Positions 29,509 through 39,163 of a DNA stretch of 64,000 bases are shown piece by piece. A model generated the notes under the pieces. The model did no database searches, was not told the DNA's origin, and was given only the letters and a program-made list of their open reading frames with translations. The stretch covers positions 226,595 through 290,594 of the forward strand of contig CAVZZV010000006.1 in NCBI GenBank assembly GCA_963779845.1, written 5' to 3'. The DNA comes from an uncultured Bacteroidales bacterium. Its GTDB lineage: Bacteria; Bacteroidota; Bacteroidia; Bacteroidales; GCA-2748055. The first letter of the stretch is position 1. The number at the start of each line of letters is the position of its first letter. The position numbers and the translations under genes were made by a program.

Positions 29509-30174
29509 ATGATGGAGATAAAACAAATGGTCAAACCCTGGAATATCCACATGGTCCGCAACCTCACAGAGGCCAGTTATATATTAAGGTTTAGCCGGAA
29601 TGGCATGGATTTCAAACCCGGTCAGCATCTTGTTGCCGGAACTTTACAGAGCAATGATGCCAGGGAATATTCAATATACAGCGGGATGAATGATGATTAC
29701 CTTGAAATCCTTATCCGCGAGGTAGAAGAGGGAAAAGTGAGTAAAAAACTCCATTCTTTGAAAAAGGGGGATATCCTGGACGTCAAAGGCCCTTATGGTT
29801 TTTACATGTATAATACGATACCGCCCCTGGACAAAAAGCTCGTCTTTATCGCCAGCGGCACAGGCATAGCCCCTTTCCACAGTTTTGCCCGCAGTATGCC
29901 CGGGGCCAATTACCAAATTATCCACGGGATCCGGAATATCGACGAATGTTATGACAAAGATCATTACCCCGGTAGAAAATATTTTTCCTGTACCTCCCGC
30001 GACGACAGAGGCGACTTTCCTGGCCGCCTGACAGAATACCTCAAATCAGCAGAGTTGGAGCCAGATTCTTTTTACTATTTTTGCGGCAATTCTGATATGA
30101 TTTTAAATGCAATGGATATATTGAAAAAACGAGGCGTTCCACAATCCCGCATGTATACGGAGGTTTATTTTTAG
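29509..30174 (+). CDS. small ferredoxin-NADP reductase-like FAD/NAD(P)-binding oxidoreductase (second copy in window)
   Basis: 221 aa. Motifs: REYSIYS (RxYS FAD motif), GKVSKKL, ASGTGIAPF, C-terminal YTEVYF. Confidence 0.75.
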   Translation: MMEIKQMVKPWNIHMVRNLTEASYILRFSRNGMDFKPGQHLVAGTLQSNDAREYSIYSGMNDDYLEILIREVEEGKVSKKLHSLKKGDILDVKGPYGFYMYNTIPPLDKKLVFIASGTGIAPFHSFARSMPGANYQIIHGIRNIDECYDKDHYPGRKYFSCTSRDDRGDFPGRLTEYLKSAELEPDSFYYFCGNSDMILNAMDILKKRGVPQSRMYTEVYF

Positions 30175-30252
30175 TAACGGGGACCTGCACTGCATGGTCC
30201 AAAAGATGACCGGGCCATCGCACAAGAATCAATTTGAATATCCCAATAAAAG

Positions 30253-31518
30253 ATGGACAACAAAACAAGAACGATTTCATTTAAAACCCTTGGCTGCAGG
30301 CTAAACCAGTACGAGACCGATGCTTTGGTGTCCCGTTTTCACAATGGCGGCTATCAGATTGTCAATTTCGGTGAAAAGGCAGATATAACCGTGATAAATA
30401 CATGCACGGTAACCAATCAGAGCGATCAGAAATCAAGGAATTATATTAGTCAGGCCAGCCATCTTAATCCCGGGGGAGTATTGGTTGTAGCAGGTTGTAT
30501 GGCAAACCATCGCAAGGAGATCCTCGAGAAGCAAAAAAATATCAGCTATGTAATTGAAAATGAGTACAAAAATGGAATTTTTGATCTTGTAGATGCCCAT
30601 TTTTCGGGTGAAATATTCGATCCTGCCTCAGCCAAACCCGATGTCTTCGGATACGAAACAGTCCAGAAAAGCCTGCATACCCGTACATCCATCAAAGTAC
30701 AGGACGGCTGTGATAATTTTTGCAGTTTTTGCATCATACCCAGAGTACGTGGGAGAGCAACAAGCCGTCCTTTGAATGATATCCTGGAAAATGTAAAACG
30801 CGTGATCAATAATGGTTTTAAGGAAATAGTGATAACCGGGGTGAATATCGGAAGGTACGATTATGAGGGATTGAATTTTGAAAAAATGCTCGAAAAAGTG
30901 CTGGAAATTCCCGGGGATTTTAGAATCAGGATATCTTCACTTGAACCTGACGGGCTTTCGGACCATTTTCATGAGCTTTTCTCTCATCCTAAAATGTGCC
31001 CGCATTTGCATCTGTGTTTGCAAAGCGGGTCGGATCGCATACTCCTTCAAATGAGAAGAATGTATACCGTTTCTTCCTTTATGCAGGTGGTGGAAAAATT
31101 CCGGAACAGATTCCCCCTTTTCAATTTTACAACGGATATTATTGTTGGCTTTCCGGGCGAGAACGATGAAGATTTCCATCGCACCATGGAAATAGCCAAA
31201 GAAGCCGCCTTCACCCATATTCATACTTTTCGTTATTCCGACCGTACGGGAACACGTGCCAGCAGAATGCCGGAGCATATTCCACAGACCATTACGGCCA
31301 ACCGCAGTGAGACAGTTCGCCTGATTTCAGAGGAAAACCTTTATGAATATCAAAACCTCATGATTGGGGAGTCACAGGAAGTCCTGATAGAAAAAACCGA
31401 TGAGCAAGGATTCGCCTCAGGGTACGGTCAGCATTACCTTCCGCTTCGTTTTTATTCCCCGGAAGCTTCTAAAAACACCTTCGAAAAGCTGACAATTTCC
31501 AAAACTATGTTCCAATAG
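30253..31518 (+). CDS. mtaB: radical-SAM tRNA methylthiotransferase, MtaB-like
   Basis: 421 aa. N-terminal MTTase domain FKTLGCRLNQYETDAL. Radical-SAM cluster CDNFCSFCIIP. Confidence 0.82.
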   Translation: MDNKTRTISFKTLGCRLNQYETDALVSRFHNGGYQIVNFGEKADITVINTCTVTNQSDQKSRNYISQASHLNPGGVLVVAGCMANHRKEILEKQKNISYVIENEYKNGIFDLVDAHFSGEIFDPASAKPDVFGYETVQKSLHTRTSIKVQDGCDNFCSFCIIPRVRGRATSRPLNDILENVKRVINNGFKEIVITGVNIGRYDYEGLNFEKMLEKVLEIPGDFRIRISSLEPDGLSDHFHELFSHPKMCPHLHLCLQSGSDRILLQMRRMYTVSSFMQVVEKFRNRFPLFNFTTDIIVGFPGENDEDFHRTMEIAKEAAFTHIHTFRYSDRTGTRASRMPEHIPQTITANRSETVRLISEENLYEYQNLMIGESQEVLIEKTDEQGFASGYGQHYLPLRFYSPEASKNTFEKLTISKTMFQ

Positions 31519-31671
31519 GACCGGTTTTTCATTGATTTATTATTTCAACCCTTCTTCAGGATAAACATCCCTCCAGCAAAATCCTTCAAACATCAGCAAA
31601 CTATTTAAAATTTGCCCCAGAGAAAATTTGGGAATATTCTCTGCCAGTCCAAAAATCTAACAGGGAATAAT

Positions 31672-31679
31672 TACCTTTG
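31672..31679 (+). promoter_or_regulatory. candidate -7 box (TACCTTTG) upstream of the oligopeptidase gene
   Basis: Matches TAnnTTTG, 58 nt upstream of the ATG at 31737. Confidence 0.3.
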
Positions 31680-31736
31680 CCACCCTTTCGTGAAACAATT
31701 ATGATTACCTAAACTCTCAAATTACATTTTCCATAA

Positions 31737-33774
31737 ATGATCCCACCAAAAGCAGCCATAAAACCGGAAATACTGGTAAAACACCAGCATCAAAGAACCG
31801 ATAATTATTATTGGCTACGGGATAAAGAAAATACCGAGGTCATCGATTACCTGAAGGCTGAAAACAGCTACCGGGAATGGGCGATGAGAGACACGGAAGA
31901 TTTGCAGGAAGAAATTTTCCAGGAAATCAAGAGCAGGATCAAACAGACCGATATGTCGGTTCCCTACAAAGACAATGGTTATTTTTACTACAGCCGGTAT
32001 GAAGAAGGAAAGCAATATCCCTATTATTGCCGGAAGAAGGAGGCTCTGAAAGCCGAAGAAGAAATCCTGCTGGATCTAAACGATTTGTCCAGTGGACATA
32101 CTTATTTTGATATCGGAGGCATGTCGGTAAGCCCCGACAACCGGATCCTTGCCTATGGTGAGGATACAGATGGAAGAAGGGTATACACGATTCATTTTAA
32201 AAACCTCCAAACCCATGAAAATCTCCCGGAAACCATTGAAGGAACCAGTGGAAGCATAGCCTGGACTGCAGACAGCCGAAAGCTGTTTTACACGCTCAAA
32301 AATCCCGTCACCCTCCGCACCTATAAAATTTTTCGTTATGAACTTTTTAAAAATGGGAAATTAAATGAGGAAGTCTATGAAGAATTGGATGAGACCTTTG
32401 GCTGTTCCGTTTATAAAACCAAATCAAAACAGTACATCATGATTGCCTGTTTTGCCAACCTGAGCGATGAGTTCCATTTCTTGCGGGCCGATCAGCCTGA
32501 GGGCGAATTCAGGATGCTGCAGAAAAGGAAAAGAGGCCATGAATATTCAGTAAGCCATTTTGAGGATCATTTTTATCTGCTCACTAACCATCAGGCGAGA
32601 AACTTCAGGTTAATGAAAACTCCTGTGGAAAAGCCGGGTATGGAAAACTGGGTTGAAATGGTCCCCCACAGAGAAGAGATATATCTCTCTTCCTGTGATA
32701 TATTCAGGGACTATTACGTCCTGTCTGAAAGAAAAAACGGTCTGACGGCCATCCGGATCCTCCCCAGGAACCAGGATGAAGGCCACTATCTCCACCTTGA
32801 GGAAGAAGCATACGATGCCTGGGTTTCCATTAATCCCGAATTTGAAACAAACCTTCTCAGGTTTAGCTATACTTCGATGACCACTCCCCTATCCACTTTC
32901 GACTACAACATGCAAAGCCGGGAGATGGTTTTGTTGAAGCAGCAGGAGGTTCCTGGTGGATATGAGCCGGAAAAATACCAGACCAAAAGAATTTATGCCC
33001 GGGCGGAAGATGGTACAAAAATTCCGGTTTCACTGGTTTATAAAAAAGAGATGAAAAGAGCCATCGGGCAATCCATTGCTTCTTTATGGGTATGGAAGTT
33101 ATGGTATTACCATGGATCCTTCCTTTAGTCCGGTACGCCTGAGCCTTCTGGATCGTGGATTCGTTTTTGCCATAGCCCATATCCGTGGAGGTCAGATTAA
33201 TGGAAGAGCCTGGTATGATGATGGCAGAATGCTGAAGAAAAAAAACACCTTTACCGATTTTATTTCCTGTGCCCAATACCTTCTGGATCAAAAATATGCA
33301 GAGCCCGGCCACCTCTATGCCATGGGCGGAAGTGCAGGGGGATTGTTAATGGGTGCGGTAATCAACATGGAACCGGATTTATTCAATGGGATCATTGCCT
33401 CTGTTCCTTTTGTAGATGTCCTGACCACTATGCTGGATGAATCCATCCCACTAACTACCGGGGAGTATGACGAATGGGGAAATCCAAACGAAAAAATTTA
33501 TTACGATTATATTTTATCCTATTCTCCGTATGACAATATCCGGAAGGGCTACTACCCTCCAATGCTTGTCGTTACGGGTTTATACGATTCGCAGGTACAA
33601 TATTGGGAACCCGCCAAATGGGTCGCGAAACTTCGGGAAATGAAAACCGACAACAATCTGCTGTTGATGTATATCAACATGGAATCAGGTCATGGCGGAG
33701 CCTCGGGCAGGTTCGAAAAATACCGGGAATCGGCCTTGCAATATGCTTTTTTACTGGGCATAGAGGAGTCATAA
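31737..33774 (+). pseudogene. ptrB: S9A family serine peptidase (oligopeptidase B-like), one frameshift at the A-run 33054-33057
   Basis: ORF 31737..33128 ends ...[17 protein letters not shown]... and ORF 33076..33774 starts (L)LLYGYGSYG. Shortening AAAA to AAA gives [22 protein letters not shown]. Catalytic Ser motif: GGSAGG. Confidence 0.88.
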
Positions 33775-33795
33775 TTTTATTCCCCCCCAAGGCTG

Positions 33796-34533
33796 TTATT
33801 TATTCCGTTCCACAATTTTCCCTGCGCTGCTGGTATTTATTTTTATCGATTTAGGGTTTCCCTGATAAATAATTTTTCCTGCACTACTGGCACTCCCATT
33901 CATCAAATCGCTGACGTTCACCTCAATCTCCCCGGCACTGGAGACATCCAGTCTGCATCTTTCGGTAATGAGTCCTGAGGCATCCAAATCCGCAGCACTG
34001 CTGACATCTGCGTCCAGTTGCCGGCAGGTGCCTGTCAATACGGCATTCGCACTTGAACTTAACTCAACTTTGAGGTCTTCAGTTTCCACTTCCAGCGACA
34101 AATCTGCTGCACTGCTCATATTAATATTAAGGTCATCTGATTGAAGTAAACCTCCTCCAATTATATTAGCCGCACTCGAAATATCGACCCGGTTGAGTGT
34201 GGCCAGAGAAATAAAAATATCCTTTTTGTCTGCGTTATGGATGTTTTGGTTTGTTCTGATTTTTAAAATGTCACCTTTAACTTCCGTTTCAATTACATCC
34301 TGAAGATTTTCATTGGTCACTACTTCCAGTGAATCTCCCTGGTTCCCAAAGCTGATATAAACACGTATTCCGGAAGATACTTCGATACCGGTAAAGGGTC
34401 CAACCGCTCTGAAATCTGAAACCACCTCTCCTTCCCCTGATACAGATTTCCTGAAAACATCATTGCAGGAACTAAGTATCAATGTTAAGGATACACAGGC
34501 AAAAAATAATTTAGTGAAGGGGATATTTTTCAT
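33796..34533 (-). CDS. GIN-domain (DUF2807) lipoprotein, putative beta-helical adhesin-head-like protein
   Basis: 245 aa. Lipoprotein signal LTLILSSC. Repeated (I/V)SSAA(D/N/G) units about every 20 residues. Confidence 0.7.
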   Translation of the reverse strand: MKNIPFTKLFFACVSLTLILSSCNDVFRKSVSGEGEVVSDFRAVGPFTGIEVSSGIRVYISFGNQGDSLEVVTNENLQDVIETEVKGDILKIRTNQNIHNADKKDIFISLATLNRVDISSAANIIGGGLLQSDDLNINMSSAADLSLEVETEDLKVELSSSANAVLTGTCRQLDADVSSAADLDASGLITERCRLDVSSAGEIEVNVSDLMNGSASSAGKIIYQGNPKSIKINTSSAGKIVERNK

Positions 34534-34600
34534 AGTTTTAGGATATTAATCAAGTTTGTAATCGTAAAGATATCTCTTTGTTGGAACTTATACAAAAAGG

Positions 34601-35788
34601 TTAATCCACTTTTAAAACCAGACCCTTCAAATATTCCCCTTCCGGATGATAAATGCTAACGGGATGATCTGCCGGCTGGGAAAGCTGGTGCAATATTCTG
34701 ATATCCCTTCCGGTATTTGCGGCGGCGGCAAAAACCGATTTGCGGAAATTTTCGCGGCTCACGACCTGAGAACAACTGAATGTAAAGATAATTCCACCGG
34801 GTTTTATCCGCTCCATAGCCATGCGGTTCAAACGCTGATATCCCTTCAGGGCATTGGGCAATACATTCAGATGCTTGGCAAAAGCAGGCGGATCCAGGAT
34901 TATAAGGTCATACTCTTCCTTCATATTGCCAAGATACTTATAGGCATCTATGGCAAAAACCCTGTGACGTTTATCCTCAGGAAAGTTTAAGGCAATATTT
35001 TCACGGGCCAGATCGATGGCGTCCCGGGAGGAATCGACACTATCCACAGACATGGCCTTCCCTCCCATAGCGTAAACAGAAAAGCCCCCGGAATAGCTGA
35101 ACAAATTCAGCACCTTTTTTCCTTCAGAAAATTGCCTTAGCAGGCTTCGGTTATCGCGCTGGTCAATATAAAATCCGGTTTTCTGACCTCCAACCCAGTC
35201 AACTTTAAAAGAATATCCGTTTTCGCCAACAATACCGGAGGGCTCATCCCCCTCCAACAAATAGCCGTCCTCTGTTTTCACACCTGATTTAAAGGGAATA
35301 GATGAACTGCTTTTGTTATATATATGTGTAATTGAACTGCCCATAACCTGCTTCAAGGCATGTGTGATATCCTCGAGGGAATAAAACATGCCTGCTGAGT
35401 GAAGCTGGATTACCGCGGTATTATCATAAATATCGACGATAAGGCCTGCCAGTCCATCCCCCTCCCCAAAAACCAAACGGAAAACATTAGTTTCTGAATT
35501 TTCCCCTAAGCCAGCAGTCTTCCGCAATTTTAGAGCAGCCTGAATTTTCGATTTAAAAAATTCGCGGTTTATGCTTTCATTGGAAAATGTCAAAATCCTC
35601 ACTGCGATAGAAGAATTCTGAAAATGTCCAGAGGCAAGATATTCTTCCTTCTGGGAAAATATATCTACTACTTCGCCTTCCTTTAAATCCGCTGAAGTTT
35701 TCTGAATCGCACCTGAAAATAGCCATGGATGAAAACGTTTAATGGATTGTTCTTTACCCGGTTTAAGGATGATCCTGGCTTTTTCCAT
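34601..35788 (-). CDS. rlmI: class I SAM-dependent 23S rRNA (cytosine-C5) methyltransferase, RlmI-like
   Basis: 395 aa. N-terminal PUA-like region MEKARIILKPGKEQSIKRFHPWLFSGAI. SAM motif VLNLFSYSGGFS. ILDPPAF. Confidence 0.85.
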   Translation of the reverse strand: MEKARIILKPGKEQSIKRFHPWLFSGAIQKTSADLKEGEVVDIFSQKEEYLASGHFQNSSIAVRILTFSNESINREFFKSKIQAALKLRKTAGLGENSETNVFRLVFGEGDGLAGLIVDIYDNTAVIQLHSAGMFYSLEDITHALKQVMGSSITHIYNKSSSSIPFKSGVKTEDGYLLEGDEPSGIVGENGYSFKVDWVGGQKTGFYIDQRDNRSLLRQFSEGKKVLNLFSYSGGFSVYAMGGKAMSVDSVDSSRDAIDLARENIALNFPEDKRHRVFAIDAYKYLGNMKEEYDLIILDPPAFAKHLNVLPNALKGYQRLNRMAMERIKPGGIIFTFSCSQVVSRENFRKSVFAAAANTGRDIRILHQLSQPADHPVSIYHPEGEYLKGLVLKVD

Positions 35789-36371
35789 AATGATTTATTG
35801 AGTTTTTAAGATGGTTATAGATTTCCAGGCATGTCCAGGCATCGGTGGCAGCGTACAAAGCCTGTGCATCATCCAGTCTCTCAGCTTCCCAATTGGATAG
35901 TTGCTGGGACTTGGAGATTTTGATTCCAAGGACAATGGCTGCCAACTTGCGCAGGCTGTTATCCTCTATATTAAAAAAATTGGTGTACTCCTGGAGCTCC
36001 AGAAATCCTTTGGGCTTAAAATTATTCAGCTTTTGCATTTTCTTAATATCGTCACGAATAGCCACGCCGACTTTCAGGATGTTTTCATTTTCAAACAAAT
36101 GTTTTAAAGCTTCCGGCAAACCTGATTTTTGCGCCCTTATAAGAAAAGCGTCATGCGATGTGGCAAGCTGGATAAGCGAAATGCCGTTGATGCGTCCTTT
36201 TCTAAAACTGGGCCTGCTTTCCGTATCAAATCCGATGACAGGATTTCGTGATAGTGACCTCACTGCTTTGTTGACTCCCTCCACATCTTCGATCACCCAT
36301 ATCTTACCATTAAAGGAACCCGTTCCCAGATCGTTAATTTCTTCCTTTGTTATATTGCTTTTAAAATTCAC
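35763..36371 (-). CDS. DEDDy-type 3'-5' exonuclease (WRN-exonuclease / RNase D-like domain)
   Basis: Motifs: IGFDTESRP (ExoI), ILKVGVAIRDD (ExoII), YAATDAW (ExoIII). The maximal ORF begins at ATG 36479 and would overlap the upstream gene by 119 bp. A GTG at 36371, preceded by GGAGGAGAGG, gives MNFKSNITKEEINDL, the usual length for this family, with an 11-nt overlap. Confidence 0.8.
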   Translation of the reverse strand: MNFKSNITKEEINDLGTGSFNGKIWVIEDVEGVNKAVRSLSRNPVIGFDTESRPSFRKGRINGISLIQLATSHDAFLIRAQKSGLPEALKHLFENENILKVGVAIRDDIKKMQKLNNFKPKGFLELQEYTNFFNIEDNSLRKLAAIVLGIKISKSQQLSNWEAERLDDAQALYAATDAWTCLEIYNHLKNSINHYGKSQDHP

Positions 36372-36996
36372 CCTCTCCTCCAAAATCTTTTTGACGTTTT
36401 GATATGATCCAATCGCCTGTATTATGCTGCCGCTTACTTTCTCTTTCGCCCCATTCATGGTCACGCTGACCGATCTCATCTTCTGTTTTCACCATCACCC
36501 GGTGAAGGGCGAGAGATGCCCGCAGAATTTTTTCACCCCAATAGGTTTCGAAGTTCATCCTGCATTCCCATAACGCATCATTCATCATCTCTTCGGTACC
36601 ATTACGGTATAATTCAAGGAAATTACGAATATCCTGGTAAACATCAGCGAGGTCTTCTGAAATAGCCCGGGTGATTAATTCTCCCTGGTCATAATCCTTA
36701 TCTGCAGGAATATCCAGATATTCATTTTGAGACCCCATGATGACCGAGACATGCTGATAAATGGAGGACCATTCTTCCTCCGAAACAAATTTCTCATTCT
36801 CCTCCTCGAAAATGGCTTCACCCACATCAATTTCGAGCAGTGCTGAATACATCTGAGGAATAATCCGAAGCAACTGGTTTGTAAAATCAGCCCTTTCCGG
36901 AATATCCCCGGGAGATAGCAAATTGCTAAATTGATTGCAGAGATTTACAAAATGCAGTATCTCATCTGAATAAACCTTCTCATGCAAATTATCCAT
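36361..36996 (-). CDS. DUF5063-like acidic protein of unknown function
   Basis: 211 aa, very acidic (EEENEKFVSEEEW). The family assignment comes from my memory of the Bacteroidota DUF5063 / 3'-5' exonuclease gene pair and was not searched. Confidence 0.55.
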   Translation of the reverse strand: MDNLHEKVYSDEILHFVNLCNQFSNLLSPGDIPERADFTNQLLRIIPQMYSALLEIDVGEAIFEEENEKFVSEEEWSSIYQHVSVIMGSQNEYLDIPADKDYDQGELITRAISEDLADVYQDIRNFLELYRNGTEEMMNDALWECRMNFETYWGEKILRASLALHRVMVKTEDEIGQRDHEWGERESKRQHNTGDWIISKRQKDFGGEGEF

Positions 36997-37090
36997 AACC
37001 TAAATATTCAGGATAAATTTTTGCTCAAAGATAAGGAAAAATCAGAAGAATTTTATGGGTATTTCAGTTAATCCAGACCACTTACTATCC

Positions 37091-39019
37091 CTATTTTGCT
37101 GTATGCCAGACAAACTTATTCCCTTCCGTCTTTATAATTTTCCCATGATCGAGCAGCCAACGGCTGACCTTGACAATTTTCCGTTCAGGATAATTTCCCA
37201 GTTCCGCTATCTCGACAATATCCATCGCCTTTTCAGAAAGGGCAGTTTTTAAATCATTTAAGATGAGGTCGAATTCATATTGGCTCATGTCCATGGCATT
37301 TCGTTGAATGCATACATCACATTGCCCACATCTGGCGGCATCCTTTTCCCCAAAAAAATCAAGCAGGAACTGGCTGCGGCATTGATTATTCCCGGATGCA
37401 TAGCGAATCATTTCCTGTATCTTTTCCCTGAAACGTTCCTTTAAAAACCGATACTCCTCAACAGATATATGAAGGTTTTTTCTTTCAAGTCGTTCCTCTG
37501 TAAATACAATAACAGGATTTCGTTTTCGGGGTATATAATTAATGATTCCGTACTCCTGCAATCTGGAAAGGAATTTATAAACCTCATCGAAAGTAAGTCC
37601 TGCCCGTTTGGCCAGGGTAGCCTCATCAATAGCTACATAGGAGGAAAAGAATCCGGAATAGGAACGCAGAAGCAATTTAATAAAGCCGTCAAATTTTACA
37701 TTGGACACCTGAAACTTATATAAATCATCCCTCCCTACTTTAAAAATGACCCGTGATGGGTTGTTTAGCTCTTCGGTTGTTTCTATATACGATTCTTTTT
37801 GAAGGATTTGCAAACTGTTATGCGCAATGAGGGCATTAAACTTATACTTTGACAGAAAATCTGAAAGGATGAAGTCATAACTCTGACCTTTTCCTCCACC
37901 AACAGGGATTTGCAGGTAATTACCCAAGGCATGGTAAACATCTTTGATCAGGCTGATTTCCGGAAAGCTCGTATCAATTCTTTGCTCTGCATATCTCTTA
38001 TCACTTTGGGAATACAAAAGAATCGCCTTCGCGCTCTTTTCATCCCTGCCTGCCCGTCCTGCTTCCTGAAAATAGGATTCCGGGGAGTCGGGCAGGTCAA
38101 AATGTAATACAGTCCTTACATCCGCTTTGTCGATACCCATTCCAAAGGCATTGGTTGCGACGATAACCCTTATTTTCCCCTTTTTCCATTCTTCCTGCCT
38201 TAAATTCCTGATTTCATGGCTAAGACCGGCATGGTAATAACCGGCAGTGATGTTTGCTTCTGAAAGCAACATGGCAATATCACGGGTTTTCTTCCTGTTG
38301 CGTACGTATACTATGGCCGGGCCCTGGGCCTGGTTAAGTATGGACAGTAATTTCCGGTTTTTGTCTTCTGTTTGTTCAACCTGATAGATCAGGTTTTTCC
38401 TTTCAAAACTTTTTTGAAAGACCAATTTTTCACGGAACTCCAGTTTCTCCATGATATCTTCGGTCACTTTCGGGGTAGCGGTAGCCGTAAGGGCCAGAAA
38501 ACCGGTTTCCGGAAGCAATTTCCGCAATTCAGCAATCTTCAGGTAAGAGGGTCGGAAATCATAGCCCCACTGCGAGATGCAATGCGCCTCATCAATAGCG
38601 ACCAGGCAAACATTCATCTTTTCCAGTCTTACACGGAATATTTCTGTGGTAAGCCTTTCGGGCGACAAATAAAGGAATTTAAATCCCCCATAGACAGCAT
38701 TATCGAGGGTGATATCAATTTCATCCCTGCTCATGCCCGAGTGAACCGCCAATGCGCGGATTCCTTTTCGGGTAAGGTTTTCAACCTGATCTTTCATGAG
38801 GGCAATTAAGGGGGTAATAACCAGGCAAATCCCTTCCATTGCCATCGAAGGGACCTGAAATGTCAGTGACTTTCCTCCCCCGGTGGGCATTAAAGCGAGA
38901 AGGTCCTTTTTTTCATAGACAGCTCTTATTATCTCCTCCTGAAGAGGCCTGAAACTGGAATAACCCCAGTAACGTGTTAATATTTGCTGAAAATCATTCA
39001 TTGATAACAGGATCGACAT
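37091..39019 (-). CDS. recQ: RecQ family ATP-dependent DNA helicase
   Basis: 642 aa. Motifs: MPTGGGKS (Walker A), DEAHCISQWGYDFRP, VATNAFGMGIDK, zinc-binding CRSQFLLDFFG...CGQCDVC. Confidence 0.9.
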   Translation of the reverse strand: MSILLSMNDFQQILTRYWGYSSFRPLQEEIIRAVYEKKDLLALMPTGGGKSLTFQVPSMAMEGICLVITPLIALMKDQVENLTRKGIRALAVHSGMSRDEIDITLDNAVYGGFKFLYLSPERLTTEIFRVRLEKMNVCLVAIDEAHCISQWGYDFRPSYLKIAELRKLLPETGFLALTATATPKVTEDIMEKLEFREKLVFQKSFERKNLIYQVEQTEDKNRKLLSILNQAQGPAIVYVRNRKKTRDIAMLLSEANITAGYYHAGLSHEIRNLRQEEWKKGKIRVIVATNAFGMGIDKADVRTVLHFDLPDSPESYFQEAGRAGRDEKSAKAILLYSQSDKRYAEQRIDTSFPEISLIKDVYHALGNYLQIPVGGGKGQSYDFILSDFLSKYKFNALIAHNSLQILQKESYIETTEELNNPSRVIFKVGRDDLYKFQVSNVKFDGFIKLLLRSYSGFFSSYVAIDEATLAKRAGLTFDEVYKFLSRLQEYGIINYIPRKRNPVIVFTEERLERKNLHISVEEYRFLKERFREKIQEMIRYASGNNQCRSQFLLDFFGEKDAARCGQCDVCIQRNAMDMSQYEFDLILNDLKTALSEKAMDIVEIAELGNYPERKIVKVSRWLLDHGKIIKTEGNKFVWHTAK

Positions 39020-39163
39020 AAAGTCTTATATACCTCATATTATGCATTATATAGAAAACAGCAAAGGTCTAAAAAGGCAATAATCACCAAAGTAATATTT
39101 TCTTCTTTAGATTGCCTAATTTTTTGTATTTTCACAGCATTTAAATTTAATCAAATTCAGCGA

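Noticed and set aside
35845-36402. 185-aa plus-strand ORF antisense to the 3'-5' exonuclease gene
   Set aside because: It is a shadow ORF opposite a gene with clear ExoI-III motifs.
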